Below, piece after piece: positions 1 through 8,030 of a stretch of 32,000 nt of DNA (position 1 is its first letter; each line of letters opens with the position of its first letter). Made by a program: the position numbers and the translations under genes. A model generated the notes under the pieces. The model was not told the origin of the DNA. It saw only the letters and a program-made list of their open reading frames with translations, and searched no databases. Source of the DNA: Cupriavidus necator (GTDB taxonomy: Bacteria; Pseudomonadota; Gammaproteobacteria; Burkholderiales; Burkholderiaceae); contig NZ_CP066019.1 in assembly GCF_016127575.1 (NCBI RefSeq), positions 2,070,001 to 2,102,000 on the forward strand. Direction: 5' to 3'.

Positions 1-291
1 GACCGGGCCTCGTATGAGTTTGCCCTGGTATCTGCCGCGGCAGCCTTCGAGGTCAGGGATGGCGTGATCCAGGCCGCTCGCCTCGCATGCGGTGGCGTGG
101 GCACCCGGCCATGGCGCATGCGCGCGGCCGAACTCGCGCTGCAAGGCAGGCCGCCCACGCGCGCGAGCTTCGAGGCGGCAGCGCTTACCACGATTGCAGG
201 CGCCACCCCGCTGCCAGGTAACCACTACAAGGTCGCGCTGCTGCAACGAACGGTGGTACGGGCCCTCGAACTCGCAGGAGAAGGCAGATGA
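1..291 (+). CDS. Xanthine dehydrogenase/aldehyde oxidoreductase-family FAD-binding (medium) subunit, C-terminal fragment; 5' end is outside the window
   Basis: Frame 1 is open from base 1 (DRASYEFALVSAAAAFEVRDGVIQAARLACGGVGTRPWR...KVALLQRTVVRALELA). It resembles the C-terminal domain of PaoB/YagS-type flavoprotein subunits. Its TGA (289-291) overlaps the ATG (288-290) of the next gene. Confidence 0.75.
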   Translation, partial: DRASYEFALVSAAAAFEVRDGVIQAARLACGGVGTRPWRMRAAELALQGRPPTRASFEAAALTTIAGATPLPGNHYKVALLQRTVVRALELAGEGR

Positions 292-2402
292 ACGCAAACC
301 ATATCGGCCAGCCGCATGCCCGCGTCGACGGGCGCGCCAAGGTGACCGGCAGCGCGCGGTATGCCGCCGACTTCAACCAGCCAGGACAGGCCTACGCGGT
401 GATCGTGGGCGCTTCGATCGGACTCGGTCGCGTGATCGCACTCGACGCCGAAGCCGCGCGCCGACTGCCAGGGGTACTGGCGGTACTGACGCACGAAAAC
501 GCGCCGAAACTGGCGTACGCCCCACACAAGGGCTTTATCGATCCGGAACACGGCGAACGTCTGCATGTCCTGCAGGACGATCACGTCCGCTTCTATGGCC
601 AGCCGGTTGCCGTGGTCGTGGCGCAGACGCTGGACCAGGCCGAGCATGCGGCCTGCCTGCTGCTGATTCGCTATGCCGAGGAATCACCGGTCTCCGACCC
701 GCTCGACCAGCGCGCCGAAGCCGTGGTGCCGGAGGCGGGACGCGAACCAGGCCCCCATTCGGCGGACCGGGTCCGCGGCGACCCCGAGGCCGCGCTGGCG
801 GCGGCTGCCGTCAGCATCGACGCCACCTACGATGCCGCGCGAGAAAATCACTTCCCGATCGAACCGAACGCCACCGTTGCCGCCTGGCAAGGCGACCAGC
901 TGACGCTCTGGAGCAAGAGCCAGTTCGTGATCAACGAGCAGGCCGAGATCGCGGCGATCCTCGGCATCCCGACTGAGAACGTCCACGTCATCTGCCCGTT
1001 TATCGGCGGCGCCTTCGGCACCAGCCTGCGCACCTGGCCGCATGTCACGCTGGCGGCAGTCGCCGCGCGCGAAGTGGGCAAGCCCGTCAAGCTGGTGCTG
1101 TCGCGGCGACAGATGTTCCATCAGACGGGGCACCGGCCGCGCACCGTGCAGCGCATTGCGCTGTCGGCAACGCCCGACGGCAGGCTGACCGGCATCGTGC
1201 ACGAAGGCACCGGCGAAACCAGCCGCCATGAGCAGTTCACCGAGGCACTCACTGCGGTGACGCCGTTCCTCTATCGCTGTCCCAATGTGCGCACTCGCTA
1301 CCGGCTGGTGCCGCTGGACATCGGCACGCCGACCTTTATGCGGGGTCCGGGCGAGGCCACCGGCGTCTTTGCGCTGGAATGCGCGATGGACGAGCTGGCC
1401 TACGCCCTCGAGATGGATCCGCTGGAACTGCGGCGGCGCAATGAACCCGGGCTCGACGAGGGCATGCAACTGCCGTTCTCCAGTCGCTCCATGCTTGCCT
1501 GCTACGAACGCGGCGCCGACGCGTTCGGCTGGTCCCGCCGCACGCTCTCGCCCGGCTCGATGCGGGACGGCCGCCTGCATATCGGCTGGGGGATGGCCTG
1601 TGCCAGCTACCCGGTCTTCCACGGCCAGGCCAGCGCCCGCGTGCGCCTGCTTGCCGACGGAACGGCCGAAGTCGAAGCCGCCGCCAGCGACATGGGGCCC
1701 GGCACCTACACCTCGATCACGCAGATTGCCGCCGAGACGCTGGGCCTGCCGATGGACAGCGTGCGCTTCAGCCTTGGCCGTTCGGATTTCCCACCTACCC
1801 CGCCGCACGGGGGCTCGATGACCCTCGCGTCCGTCGGCTCGGCCGTGCGCGCGGCCTGCATTGCCGCGCTGGACCAGCGCCAGGCGCGCGCGGATCGCAC
1901 GGACGGCGCCATCGAAGCGAGCGCCACGGCAGGCCCGGATGGCGAGGTGCGCAGCCGGTTTTCCATGCATGCCTTCGGTGCCGTGTTCGTCGAAGTCGCC
2001 ATCGATCCCGATGTCGGCACGATCCGTGTCCGGCGCGTGGTCGGCGCCTATGGCGCGGGTCGTATCGTGAATCCGCGGCTCGCAGCCAGCCAATGCACGG
2101 GCGGGATGGTCGGCGGCATCGGCATGGCGCTGATGGAGCGAACCGCGCTGGATCCGCGGGACGGCCGGCCGGTGAATGCGCACATGGCGGATTACCTCGT
2201 GCCTGTCAACCTGGATATCCACGGGCTGGAAGCGCATTTTGTCGACGAGGTCGATCCCCATGTGAACGAACTGGGCGTCAAGGGGTTAGGTGAAATCGCG
2301 CTGGTGGGCGTGGCGCCGGCCGTGGCCAACGCCGTGTTTCACGCAACGGGAAAGCGCGTGCGGGAGCTTCCGATCCGCATCGAGCACCTGGTCGAGCACT
2401 AG
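288..2402 (+). CDS. Xanthine dehydrogenase-family molybdopterin-binding large subunit (PaoC/YagR-like aldehyde oxidoreductase)
   Basis: 704-aa ORF. The N-terminus MNANHIGQPHARVDGRAKVTGSARYAADF is typical of this family, and the length fits a large subunit. The ATGA start/stop overlap with the upstream FAD subunit indicates translational coupling. Confidence 0.9.
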   Translation: MNANHIGQPHARVDGRAKVTGSARYAADFNQPGQAYAVIVGASIGLGRVIALDAEAARRLPGVLAVLTHENAPKLAYAPHKGFIDPEHGERLHVLQDDHVRFYGQPVAVVVAQTLDQAEHAACLLLIRYAEESPVSDPLDQRAEAVVPEAGREPGPHSADRVRGDPEAALAAAAVSIDATYDAARENHFPIEPNATVAAWQGDQLTLWSKSQFVINEQAEIAAILGIPTENVHVICPFIGGAFGTSLRTWPHVTLAAVAAREVGKPVKLVLSRRQMFHQTGHRPRTVQRIALSATPDGRLTGIVHEGTGETSRHEQFTEALTAVTPFLYRCPNVRTRYRLVPLDIGTPTFMRGPGEATGVFALECAMDELAYALEMDPLELRRRNEPGLDEGMQLPFSSRSMLACYERGADAFGWSRRTLSPGSMRDGRLHIGWGMACASYPVFHGQASARVRLLADGTAEVEAAASDMGPGTYTSITQIAAETLGLPMDSVRFSLGRSDFPPTPPHGGSMTLASVGSAVRAACIAALDQRQARADRTDGAIEASATAGPDGEVRSRFSMHAFGAVFVEVAIDPDVGTIRVRRVVGAYGAGRIVNPRLAASQCTGGMVGGIGMALMERTALDPRDGRPVNAHMADYLVPVNLDIHGLEAHFVDEVDPHVNELGVKGLGEIALVGVAPAVANAVFHATGKRVRELPIRIEHLVEH

Positions 2403-2422
2403 TCCGGCAAGTGCGAGACATG

Positions 2423-2456
2423 CCGCCGACGCCGCCCAAACTGACGGCGTCGGCGG
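2423..2456 (+). terminator. GC-rich stem-loop downstream of the molybdopterin subunit gene (possible intrinsic terminator without U-tract)
   Basis: Perfect 12-bp arms ccgccgacgccg (2423-2434) and cggcgtcggcgg (2445-2456) with a 10-nt loop, starting 20 nt after the stop codon. No T-run follows. Confidence 0.45.
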
Positions 2457-2513
2457 GGATCCGCAGGCTCGACGCGATTTTGAAATGTATTTCTCTAAGG
2501 GCTTACCCGAAGA

Positions 2514-2544
2514 CCTAGGGTTTTCTAGTGTACGAAAACCTAGG
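2514..2544. repeat. Imperfect inverted repeat carrying two CCTAGG sites inside a locally AT-rich intergenic patch
   Basis: cctagggttttc (2514-2525), an 8-nt loop, then gaaaacctagg (2534-2544); the arms differ by one extra g. It lies about 95 nt upstream of the GNAT start. Confidence 0.4.
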
Positions 2545-2637
2545 CTGCCGGGGATTGATAAGGTACTTTTCTCCCCCCAACACCAAAACACTCCGTATCC
2601 GCCCACGCGTCAAGGACCGCCGGCGACAGGCTTCATC

Positions 2638-3081
2638 ATGATCAAAGATCTACGCATTCGTTCTGCGGGCACGCAAGATCTGCCGGCAATTTCGAAGGTT
2701 CTCGCGCAATGCGGCTTGGACGAGCACGAAATCGAAGCGCATCTGGAGACTTTCCATGTTGCCGTGCTGGAAGGCCGCATCGTTGGATGCGCCGGCGCCG
2801 AACGATACGACGATCTCGTCGTCATCCGGTCTGTGGCCGTCCTTCCCGAATATCGCCAGCTCGGGGTGGCGACTCACCTGGTCTCCGCGGTATTGATGCG
2901 GGCGCGCGCGCAAGGCGTGCGTCGCGCCGTACTGGCGACCAGCAATTGCCCGAGTCATTTCGCCCGCTATGGCTTCCAGCTGGTCTCCGCGGAGAACCTT
3001 CCCGCTGAAGTCCGCGCGTCGCACACGCTCAGGATTGCAGGCATACCGCCAGGGCTGTGCATGCATTGCGAGCTGAAGTAG
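2638..3081 (+). CDS. GNAT-family N-acetyltransferase (ArgA/ArsN2-like small acetyltransferase)
   Basis: Internal ATG of ORF 2290..3081. The product MIKDLRIRSAGTQDLPAISKVL...VAVLPEYRQLGVATHLVSAVLMRARAQGVRRAVLAT...FARYGF has the GNAT acetyl-CoA-binding pattern (Q/RxxGxG/A-like RQLGVA). About 147 aa. Confidence 0.8.
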   Translation: MIKDLRIRSAGTQDLPAISKVLAQCGLDEHEIEAHLETFHVAVLEGRIVGCAGAERYDDLVVIRSVAVLPEYRQLGVATHLVSAVLMRARAQGVRRAVLATSNCPSHFARYGFQLVSAENLPAEVRASHTLRIAGIPPGLCMHCELK

Positions 3082-3217
3082 ACGCCTCTGCCCGCTCAAT
3101 CCGCTCTGTTCGCTCTATCCGCAATTCACAGGCACGGGGTCTGTGGCGGCCCACGCCCGCCGGTTGTCCCCAAATCGGCACTATGATGGCGGCATTCTCC
3201 ACCATCCGTTGCCAGTC

Positions 3218-4147
3218 ATGGACAAGGCCCGTGTCCTCACCCTCTTCCTCGGCGTGGTACGCGCCGGCAGCTTCCACCGCGCCGCGGTGGAAGCTGGCGT
3301 CACCCCGCAGGCCGCCAGCAAGGCCGTGCGCACGCTGGAGGATCATCTCGGCGTGCGCCTGCTGCACCGGACCACGCGCAAGCTCAGCCTGACGGAAGAA
3401 GGCGCACGCCTGTTCGAGCTGGCCGCGCCGGGCATGCGCCAGCTCGACGAAGCGCTCGAGCAGGTCCGCAGCAGCAAGAGCGACAACGACGGTCTGATCC
3501 GCCTGACCGCTCCGCCGTCGCTCGGCAGCCGCGTGCTGGTCCCGCTGGTGCGGGGCTTTCGCGAACAATACCCCCGCATCACCTTCGATGTAGTGCTGAG
3601 CGACCTCTTCACCGACCTGGTCGAAGCCAAGATCGACGTCGGCTTCCGCGTCGGCACCAGCCCCGGCCAGAACCTGGTGGCGCGGCGGCTGTGCGACCTG
3701 CCGCTGGTCATCTGCGCGGCGCCGGATTACCTGGCGCGGCACGGCGAGCCGGCCACCCTCGACGACTTGCTGCAGCACCAGTGCACCGGCTTCCGCCGCC
3801 CCGCGACCGGGCGCATGGTGCCGTGGGAGCTGCAGGTGGACGGCGACCTGATCTACCAGGAGGTGCCTGCCGTGGCGAGCTTCAATGACGTGGAAACCGA
3901 GGTCGAAGCGGTGCGCGCCGGCATGGGCATCGGCCAGCTGCCCGCCTACATGATCCACGCCGACCTCGTGAGCGGGCGGCTGAAGGCGATCCTGCCGGGG
4001 TACAGCAGCAGCAATGTCGGCATGTACATGTACTACCCGCATCGCAGCCAGATGCCGGTGCGGGTCCGGCGCTTCATCGACTTCGTGGTGGAAGCGGGCC
4101 GGGGCGCGGAGCAGTCGCTGTCACGGCTGGTCGGGGTCGTGACCTGA
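3218..4147 (+). CDS. LysR-family transcriptional regulator
   Basis: Start chosen at MDKARVLTLFLGVVRAGSFHRAAVEAGVTPQAASKAVRTLEDHLGVRLLHRTTRKLSLTEEG, a typical LysR winged-HTH N-terminus. Length is about 309 aa. The ORF-track start at 3143 adds 25 atypical residues. Confidence 0.9.
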   Translation: MDKARVLTLFLGVVRAGSFHRAAVEAGVTPQAASKAVRTLEDHLGVRLLHRTTRKLSLTEEGARLFELAAPGMRQLDEALEQVRSSKSDNDGLIRLTAPPSLGSRVLVPLVRGFREQYPRITFDVVLSDLFTDLVEAKIDVGFRVGTSPGQNLVARRLCDLPLVICAAPDYLARHGEPATLDDLLQHQCTGFRRPATGRMVPWELQVDGDLIYQEVPAVASFNDVETEVEAVRAGMGIGQLPAYMIHADLVSGRLKAILPGYSSSNVGMYMYYPHRSQMPVRVRRFIDFVVEAGRGAEQSLSRLVGVVT

Positions 4148-4178
4148 GCCTGCTACCCCGCAGCACAGACAACCAGAA

Positions 4179-4247
4179 GTTGCTATTGAAACGCCATTCC
4201 ACTCTCTAGTGCGACGTTCGCTCCACGCCTAAATTGGTCTCAACGGC
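4179..4247. repeat. Copy A of a ~69-nt conserved intergenic element (second copy at 11639-11707)
   Basis: An ungapped hand alignment with 11639-11707 gives 48/69 identical positions. Conserved AT-rich blocks are ATTGAAACGC, CTAGTG and GCCTAAATTnGTCT. It lies 94 nt upstream of the ATG at 4342. Confidence 0.5.
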
Positions 4248-4341
4248 GGCTGCACAGCGCCATCCCCGGAACCACACCGGGAAACGCGCAGCAGCCACCG
4301 TCCGCCTCTTTCTCTGATGACCAGTCTCCAGGAGCGACATC

Positions 4342-4689
4342 ATGATTGCCCAACTCGCACGCACCCTTGTTCCCGCCGCCATCTCGCTGGTGGCCGCCGT
4401 CTCCCTCCAGAACGCCAATGCCGCGCAAGCCGGCAACAGCGCGCCCGCCAGCGTGGCAGCGCGCACGCATGACGTGTTCACCGACGGCCAGCGGCAGGGC
4501 CGCTTCGACACCTTCTCCGAAGGCGCGCATGACAGTGGCGCCACTGCGCTCGTCGCCGGGCCCGACCGCAGCGGGGTCTCGGCCACGCCGGGGCGAAAGT
4601 TCGATCCGTACACCGAGGGTGCCCGTGCGGTCGAAGGCAATCCGCGCCTGCGCGGCACGGCCTTGAATGGCGCATCGGCGTGGGTGTGA
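4342..4689 (+). CDS. Small secreted protein of unknown function with three D-x-[FY]-[TS]-[DE]-G motifs
   Basis: RBS caggag lies 8 nt upstream of the ATG. The N-terminus MIAQLARTLVPAAISLVAAVSLQNANA-AQ looks like a Sec signal peptide with an AxA cleavage site. The mature part contains DVFTDG, DTFSEG and DPYTEG. Confidence 0.6.
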   Translation: MIAQLARTLVPAAISLVAAVSLQNANAAQAGNSAPASVAARTHDVFTDGQRQGRFDTFSEGAHDSGATALVAGPDRSGVSATPGRKFDPYTEGARAVEGNPRLRGTALNGASAWV

Positions 4690-4889
4690 TCGCCCGGTCC
4701 GAAGTCGACGCAACGCGGCAGGACGAGCCCTGAACGGCTGACTCCAATCCCCGGACAAAGCGCTTTTCCAGACGCCCTGCCTCGCCTTGTCGTTTGATTT
4801 TTTCTCAACCGAAAACGCCGGAAATATCGTTTGTCGCGCAGGCCGCCGACGACAACTATTACGCCAAGGCCAACCCACAGGAGACAGCC

Positions 4890-5243
4890 ATGTCAGACCA
4901 GCCCTATCCGCTCTGGAGCGCGGAACCCGTCCCCCACCTGCTCGCCTCGCGTGACCGCGCCACCGGCGAGTGGATCTTCCCGGCGCTGCCCGCCGACTCT
5001 CCGCTGGCGGACGGCCACGAGACCGTCGCCATCACCGGCACGGGCGTGCTCTACAGCTTCACCGTGATCCATCCCGCGCCCAAGAGCGGACTGGCTCCGT
5101 ATGCGCTGGGTTATGTCGATTTCGTCGGGCCGGTGCGAATCTTCGGCCGCCTGCAGGGCGCGGCGCGTCCGGTCATCGGCGAACGCTACGCGCAGCGGCA
5201 TGACGCCGAGCTGGGCTATGTCTTCGAGGCCGTCACGGTCTGA
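4890..5243 (+). CDS. DUF35-type OB-fold protein (thiolase-associated, BbsA-like), cysteine-free
   Basis: ATG preceded by caggagac. The product MSDQPYPLW...GTGVLYSFTVIHPAP...APYALGYVDFVGPVRIFGRL has the typical DUF35 OB-fold core. It lies directly upstream of a thiolase-like gene, the usual pairing. Confidence 0.8.
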   Translation: MSDQPYPLWSAEPVPHLLASRDRATGEWIFPALPADSPLADGHETVAITGTGVLYSFTVIHPAPKSGLAPYALGYVDFVGPVRIFGRLQGAARPVIGERYAQRHDAELGYVFEAVTV

Positions 5244-5271
5244 TCGATCGAGAGAAGGAGAGGTAAGCAAG

Positions 5272-6417
5272 ATGCAGGACATCTACATCCATGGCGGCGC
5301 GATGACGCCGTTCGGCCGGCACCCCGGCGTGCTGGCGCCGGAGCTGGCGCAACAGGCAATCCTGAAGGCGCTGGCCGATGCCGACGTGCCGGCCGGCCGC
5401 ATCCAGGCGGTCTACTGCGCCAACGTCCTGGGCGGCATGATCCTCGGCCAGCTGATCGTGCGCGATCTGGGGCTCAAGGGCATCCCGGTCTACAACGTCG
5501 AGAACGCCTGCGCCAGCGGCGCCACCGGCGTGCACCTGGCACGGCACGCGCTGCTGGCCGGGCAATACGACACGGTGCTGGTCTTCGGCATCGAGCAGCT
5601 GACCGCGCTCGGCGGCGGCACCATCCCGCTGCAGCGCAATGACCACAAGACCGACCTCTATGCGAAGTCCGGCATGGTACTGCCCGCGGTGTATGCGATG
5701 CGCGGCACGCGTTTCCTGCACGAGCGCGACGCCAATCCGTCCGACCTCGCTGAAGTGGCCGTGAAGAACCGCTACCACGGCTCGCTGAACCCGTATGCCC
5801 AGCAGCGCAAGACCACCACGGTCGAGGAAGTGCTGGCCTCGCGCATGATCGCCGACCCGCTGACGCTGCTGCAGTGCTGCCCGTCGCAGGTCGATGGCGC
5901 GGCGTCGGTGGTGCTGAGCACGCGCCGGCCGGCGCAGGCGCGGCCGGTGAAGGTGCTGTCGTCTGTAGTGGTGTCGGGCATGCGCGAGGAGGCCGACGAC
6001 GATATCCTCGATGCCGAGATCACCGCGCGCGCCGCGCGCCAGGCTTACGAACAGGCCGGGCTCGGCCCGCAGGACGTCGACGTGGTCGAACTGCACGACG
6101 CCTTCACCATCGCCGAACTGCTCTACTACGAAGCCCTCGGCCTGGCACCGCGTGGCGATGCCGTGGCGCTGCTCAAGTCCGGCGCGACGCGCCTGGGCGG
6201 GCGCGTGCCGGTCAACCCGAGCGGCGGCCTGCTGGCCAAGGGGCATCCGCTGGGCGCCACCGGCGTGGCGCAGATGGTCGAGATCCTGTGGCAGCTGCAA
6301 GGCCGCGCCGGCGAACGCCAGGTGGCGGATACCCGCATCGGCCTGACGCAATGCACCGGCGGCGGCATCGCGGGCGTGGACCACGCCGCTTCTTCCGTCC
6401 ACCTGCTGGGAGTCTGA
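5272..6417 (+). CDS. Thiolase-like protein (SCP-x/lipid-transfer-type thiolase, BbsB-like)
   Basis: RBS gaaggagagg is upstream. The product MQDIYIHGGAMTPFGRH... has the active-site Cys context NVENACASGATG, the GHPLGATG motif and a C-terminal CTGGG motif. Length 381 aa. Confidence 0.9.
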   Translation: MQDIYIHGGAMTPFGRHPGVLAPELAQQAILKALADADVPAGRIQAVYCANVLGGMILGQLIVRDLGLKGIPVYNVENACASGATGVHLARHALLAGQYDTVLVFGIEQLTALGGGTIPLQRNDHKTDLYAKSGMVLPAVYAMRGTRFLHERDANPSDLAEVAVKNRYHGSLNPYAQQRKTTTVEEVLASRMIADPLTLLQCCPSQVDGAASVVLSTRRPAQARPVKVLSSVVVSGMREEADDDILDAEITARAARQAYEQAGLGPQDVDVVELHDAFTIAELLYYEALGLAPRGDAVALLKSGATRLGGRVPVNPSGGLLAKGHPLGATGVAQMVEILWQLQGRAGERQVADTRIGLTQCTGGGIAGVDHAASSVHLLGV

Positions 6418-6418
6418 G

Positions 6419-7183
6419 ATGGGCACGCAACGCTTCGATCCTTCCCATGTGGCGGTGGTCACCGGCGCAGCGCGCGGCATCGGCCTGGGCATCGCCACGC
6501 AACTGGCCCGCCAGGGGCTGGCCGTGGCCCTGCTCGACCGCGACGCCGCCGCGCTCGATACCGCCGTCGGTGCGCTGGTTGCCGAGGGCTTCAACGCCTT
6601 CGGCGCCAGCGCCGACCTGACCGACTCGGCCGCCGTCAACGATGCCTTCGCGCAAATCCAGGCGCGCACTGGCCGCGTCGACTACCTGGTCAACAACGCC
6701 GGCGCCGTGCGCGACATGCGCTTCCTGAAGATGACCGACGACGACTGGGACCTGGTCATCGATACCAACCTGCGCTCGCAGTTCCTGTGCTGCCGCGCGG
6801 CGCTGCCCGGCATGGTCGAGCGCGGCTACGGGCGCGTGGTCAATATCTCGTCGCGGGCGTGGCTGGGCGGATTCGGACAGGCTAACTACTCCGCGGCCAA
6901 GGGCGGCGTAGTCAGCCTGACGCGCTCGCTGGCGATCGAGTTTGCGAGCAAGGGCGTCACCGTCAATGCAGTGGCGCCGGGCATCGTCGATACCCCGCTG
7001 TTCCGCGGCTTCGCGCCCGACGTGCAGGCCCGGCTGCAGAAGTCGGTCCCGGTGCAGCGCATCGGCACCGCCGACGATATCGCCAACGCGGTCAGCTTCT
7101 TCCTCGACCCGCAGTCGTCCTACGTGACCGGGCAGGTGCTCTATGTCTGTGGCGGCCGCAGCCTGTCGTCGCCAAGCGTGTAA
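6419..7183 (+). CDS. Short-chain dehydrogenase/reductase (FabG-like 3-hydroxyacyl-CoA / 3-oxoacyl reductase)
   Basis: Contains TGAARGIGLG (cofactor binding), NNAG and YSAAKGG (YxxxK catalytic motif). The start lies 1 nt after the thiolase stop. Confidence 0.9.
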   Translation: MGTQRFDPSHVAVVTGAARGIGLGIATQLARQGLAVALLDRDAAALDTAVGALVAEGFNAFGASADLTDSAAVNDAFAQIQARTGRVDYLVNNAGAVRDMRFLKMTDDDWDLVIDTNLRSQFLCCRAALPGMVERGYGRVVNISSRAWLGGFGQANYSAAKGGVVSLTRSLAIEFASKGVTVNAVAPGIVDTPLFRGFAPDVQARLQKSVPVQRIGTADDIANAVSFFLDPQSSYVTGQVLYVCGGRSLSSPSV

Positions 7184-7194
7184 GGAGGCAAGCC

Positions 7195-7998
7195 ATGACC
7201 GTACGACTCCACACCGAAGGCGCGGTCGCCGTGCTAACGATCGACCGGCCCGATGCCCTCAATGCGCTGGACGTGGCCGCGCTGCGCGAACTGCGCGCGC
7301 ACCTCATCGAAGTGCGCGACCGCGACGACCTGCGCGTGGCGGTGCTGACCGGCGCCGGCACGCGCGCCTTCTGCGCGGGCGCCGACCTGAAAGGCACGCG
7401 CAGCTCGCCCGCGACCTATCCGGAAGCACTGTTCCGCGCGCCGGAGCAGGCCGCCGACCTGGGGCTCTATATCCGGCTGATGGACCTGACCGACCTGGGC
7501 CTGTTCAAGCCGCTGATCGCGGCGGTCAACGGCCATTGCCTTGGAGCGGGGCTTGAGATAGCGCTGCAATGCGATGCGCGGATCGCGTCAGAACAAGCGA
7601 GCTTCGGCCTGCCCGAAGCCGCGGTCGGGTCAATCCCCGCTGTCTCGGGCTTGCATCGCCTGCTGAAGGCCGTGCCGGCGGCGCATGCGATGCAGATGGT
7701 GCTGACCGGCGAGCGAATCGACGCGGCGCAGGCCGCGCGCATCGGGCTGGTCACCGAGACGGTGGCGCCTGCCACGCTGCTCGACCGTGCGCTGGCGATC
7801 GCGACCCGCATCGCCGCCAATGCGCCGCTGGCGGTGCAGGCCGTCAAGAAGCTGTCGCGCCAGACCAGCCACCTCAGCGAAGCCGACGCCCAGCAACTGA
7901 CCGAACTCTACTGGGGCGTGCTGCGCGATACCGCGGACCGCACCGAAGGCCGGCAGGCCTTCGCCGAGAAGCGCGAGCCCCGCTACACCGGGCGCTAA
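7195..7998 (+). CDS. Enoyl-CoA hydratase/isomerase (crotonase superfamily)
   Basis: 267 aa, with LTGAGTRAFCAGADLK and GHCLGAGLEIALQCD, the typical crotonase oxyanion-hole segments. Confidence 0.9.
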   Translation: MTVRLHTEGAVAVLTIDRPDALNALDVAALRELRAHLIEVRDRDDLRVAVLTGAGTRAFCAGADLKGTRSSPATYPEALFRAPEQAADLGLYIRLMDLTDLGLFKPLIAAVNGHCLGAGLEIALQCDARIASEQASFGLPEAAVGSIPAVSGLHRLLKAVPAAHAMQMVLTGERIDAAQAARIGLVTETVAPATLLDRALAIATRIAANAPLAVQAVKKLSRQTSHLSEADAQQLTELYWGVLRDTADRTEGRQAFAEKREPRYTGR

Positions 7999-8030
7999 GC
8001 GTTCGCAAACAGAAAGACAGGAGACAGACC

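Noticed and set aside
92-976. 294-aa plus-strand ORF in an alternative frame over the FAD and Mo subunit genes
   Set aside because: The translation is extremely Arg/Pro/Gly-rich. The frame competes with two genes that have clear homology and a coupled ATGA junction.
684-2261. 525-aa minus-strand ORF antisense to the molybdopterin subunit. Similar long antisense or out-of-frame ORFs lie at 5233-6669, 11643-13028, 13390-14514, 21171-22889, 22726-24168 and 24084-25733.
   Set aside because: All overlap well-supported genes on the other strand or frame and have Arg/Ala/Gly/His/Pro-rich low-complexity translations with no motifs. They are best explained by stop-codon scarcity opposite GC3-rich coding frames.
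3088-3125. Quasi-tandem CCGCTC-type repeats (cccgctcaat ccgctctgtt cgctctat ccgc) between the GNAT and LysR genes, and the tandem GCGAAAC GCGAAAC at about 12697-12712
   Set aside because: They are very short and degenerate with two or three copies only, and could arise by chance or slippage. I have no evidence of function beyond their location in intergenic DNA.
3161-3217. Possible third, reverse-oriented copy of the 69-nt intergenic element just upstream of the LysR gene at 3218
   Set aside because: Only short patches (gccg-ttg...ccaaat, cacta) resemble the reverse complement of copies A and B. The alignment needs gaps and is not clearly better than chance in GC-rich DNA.
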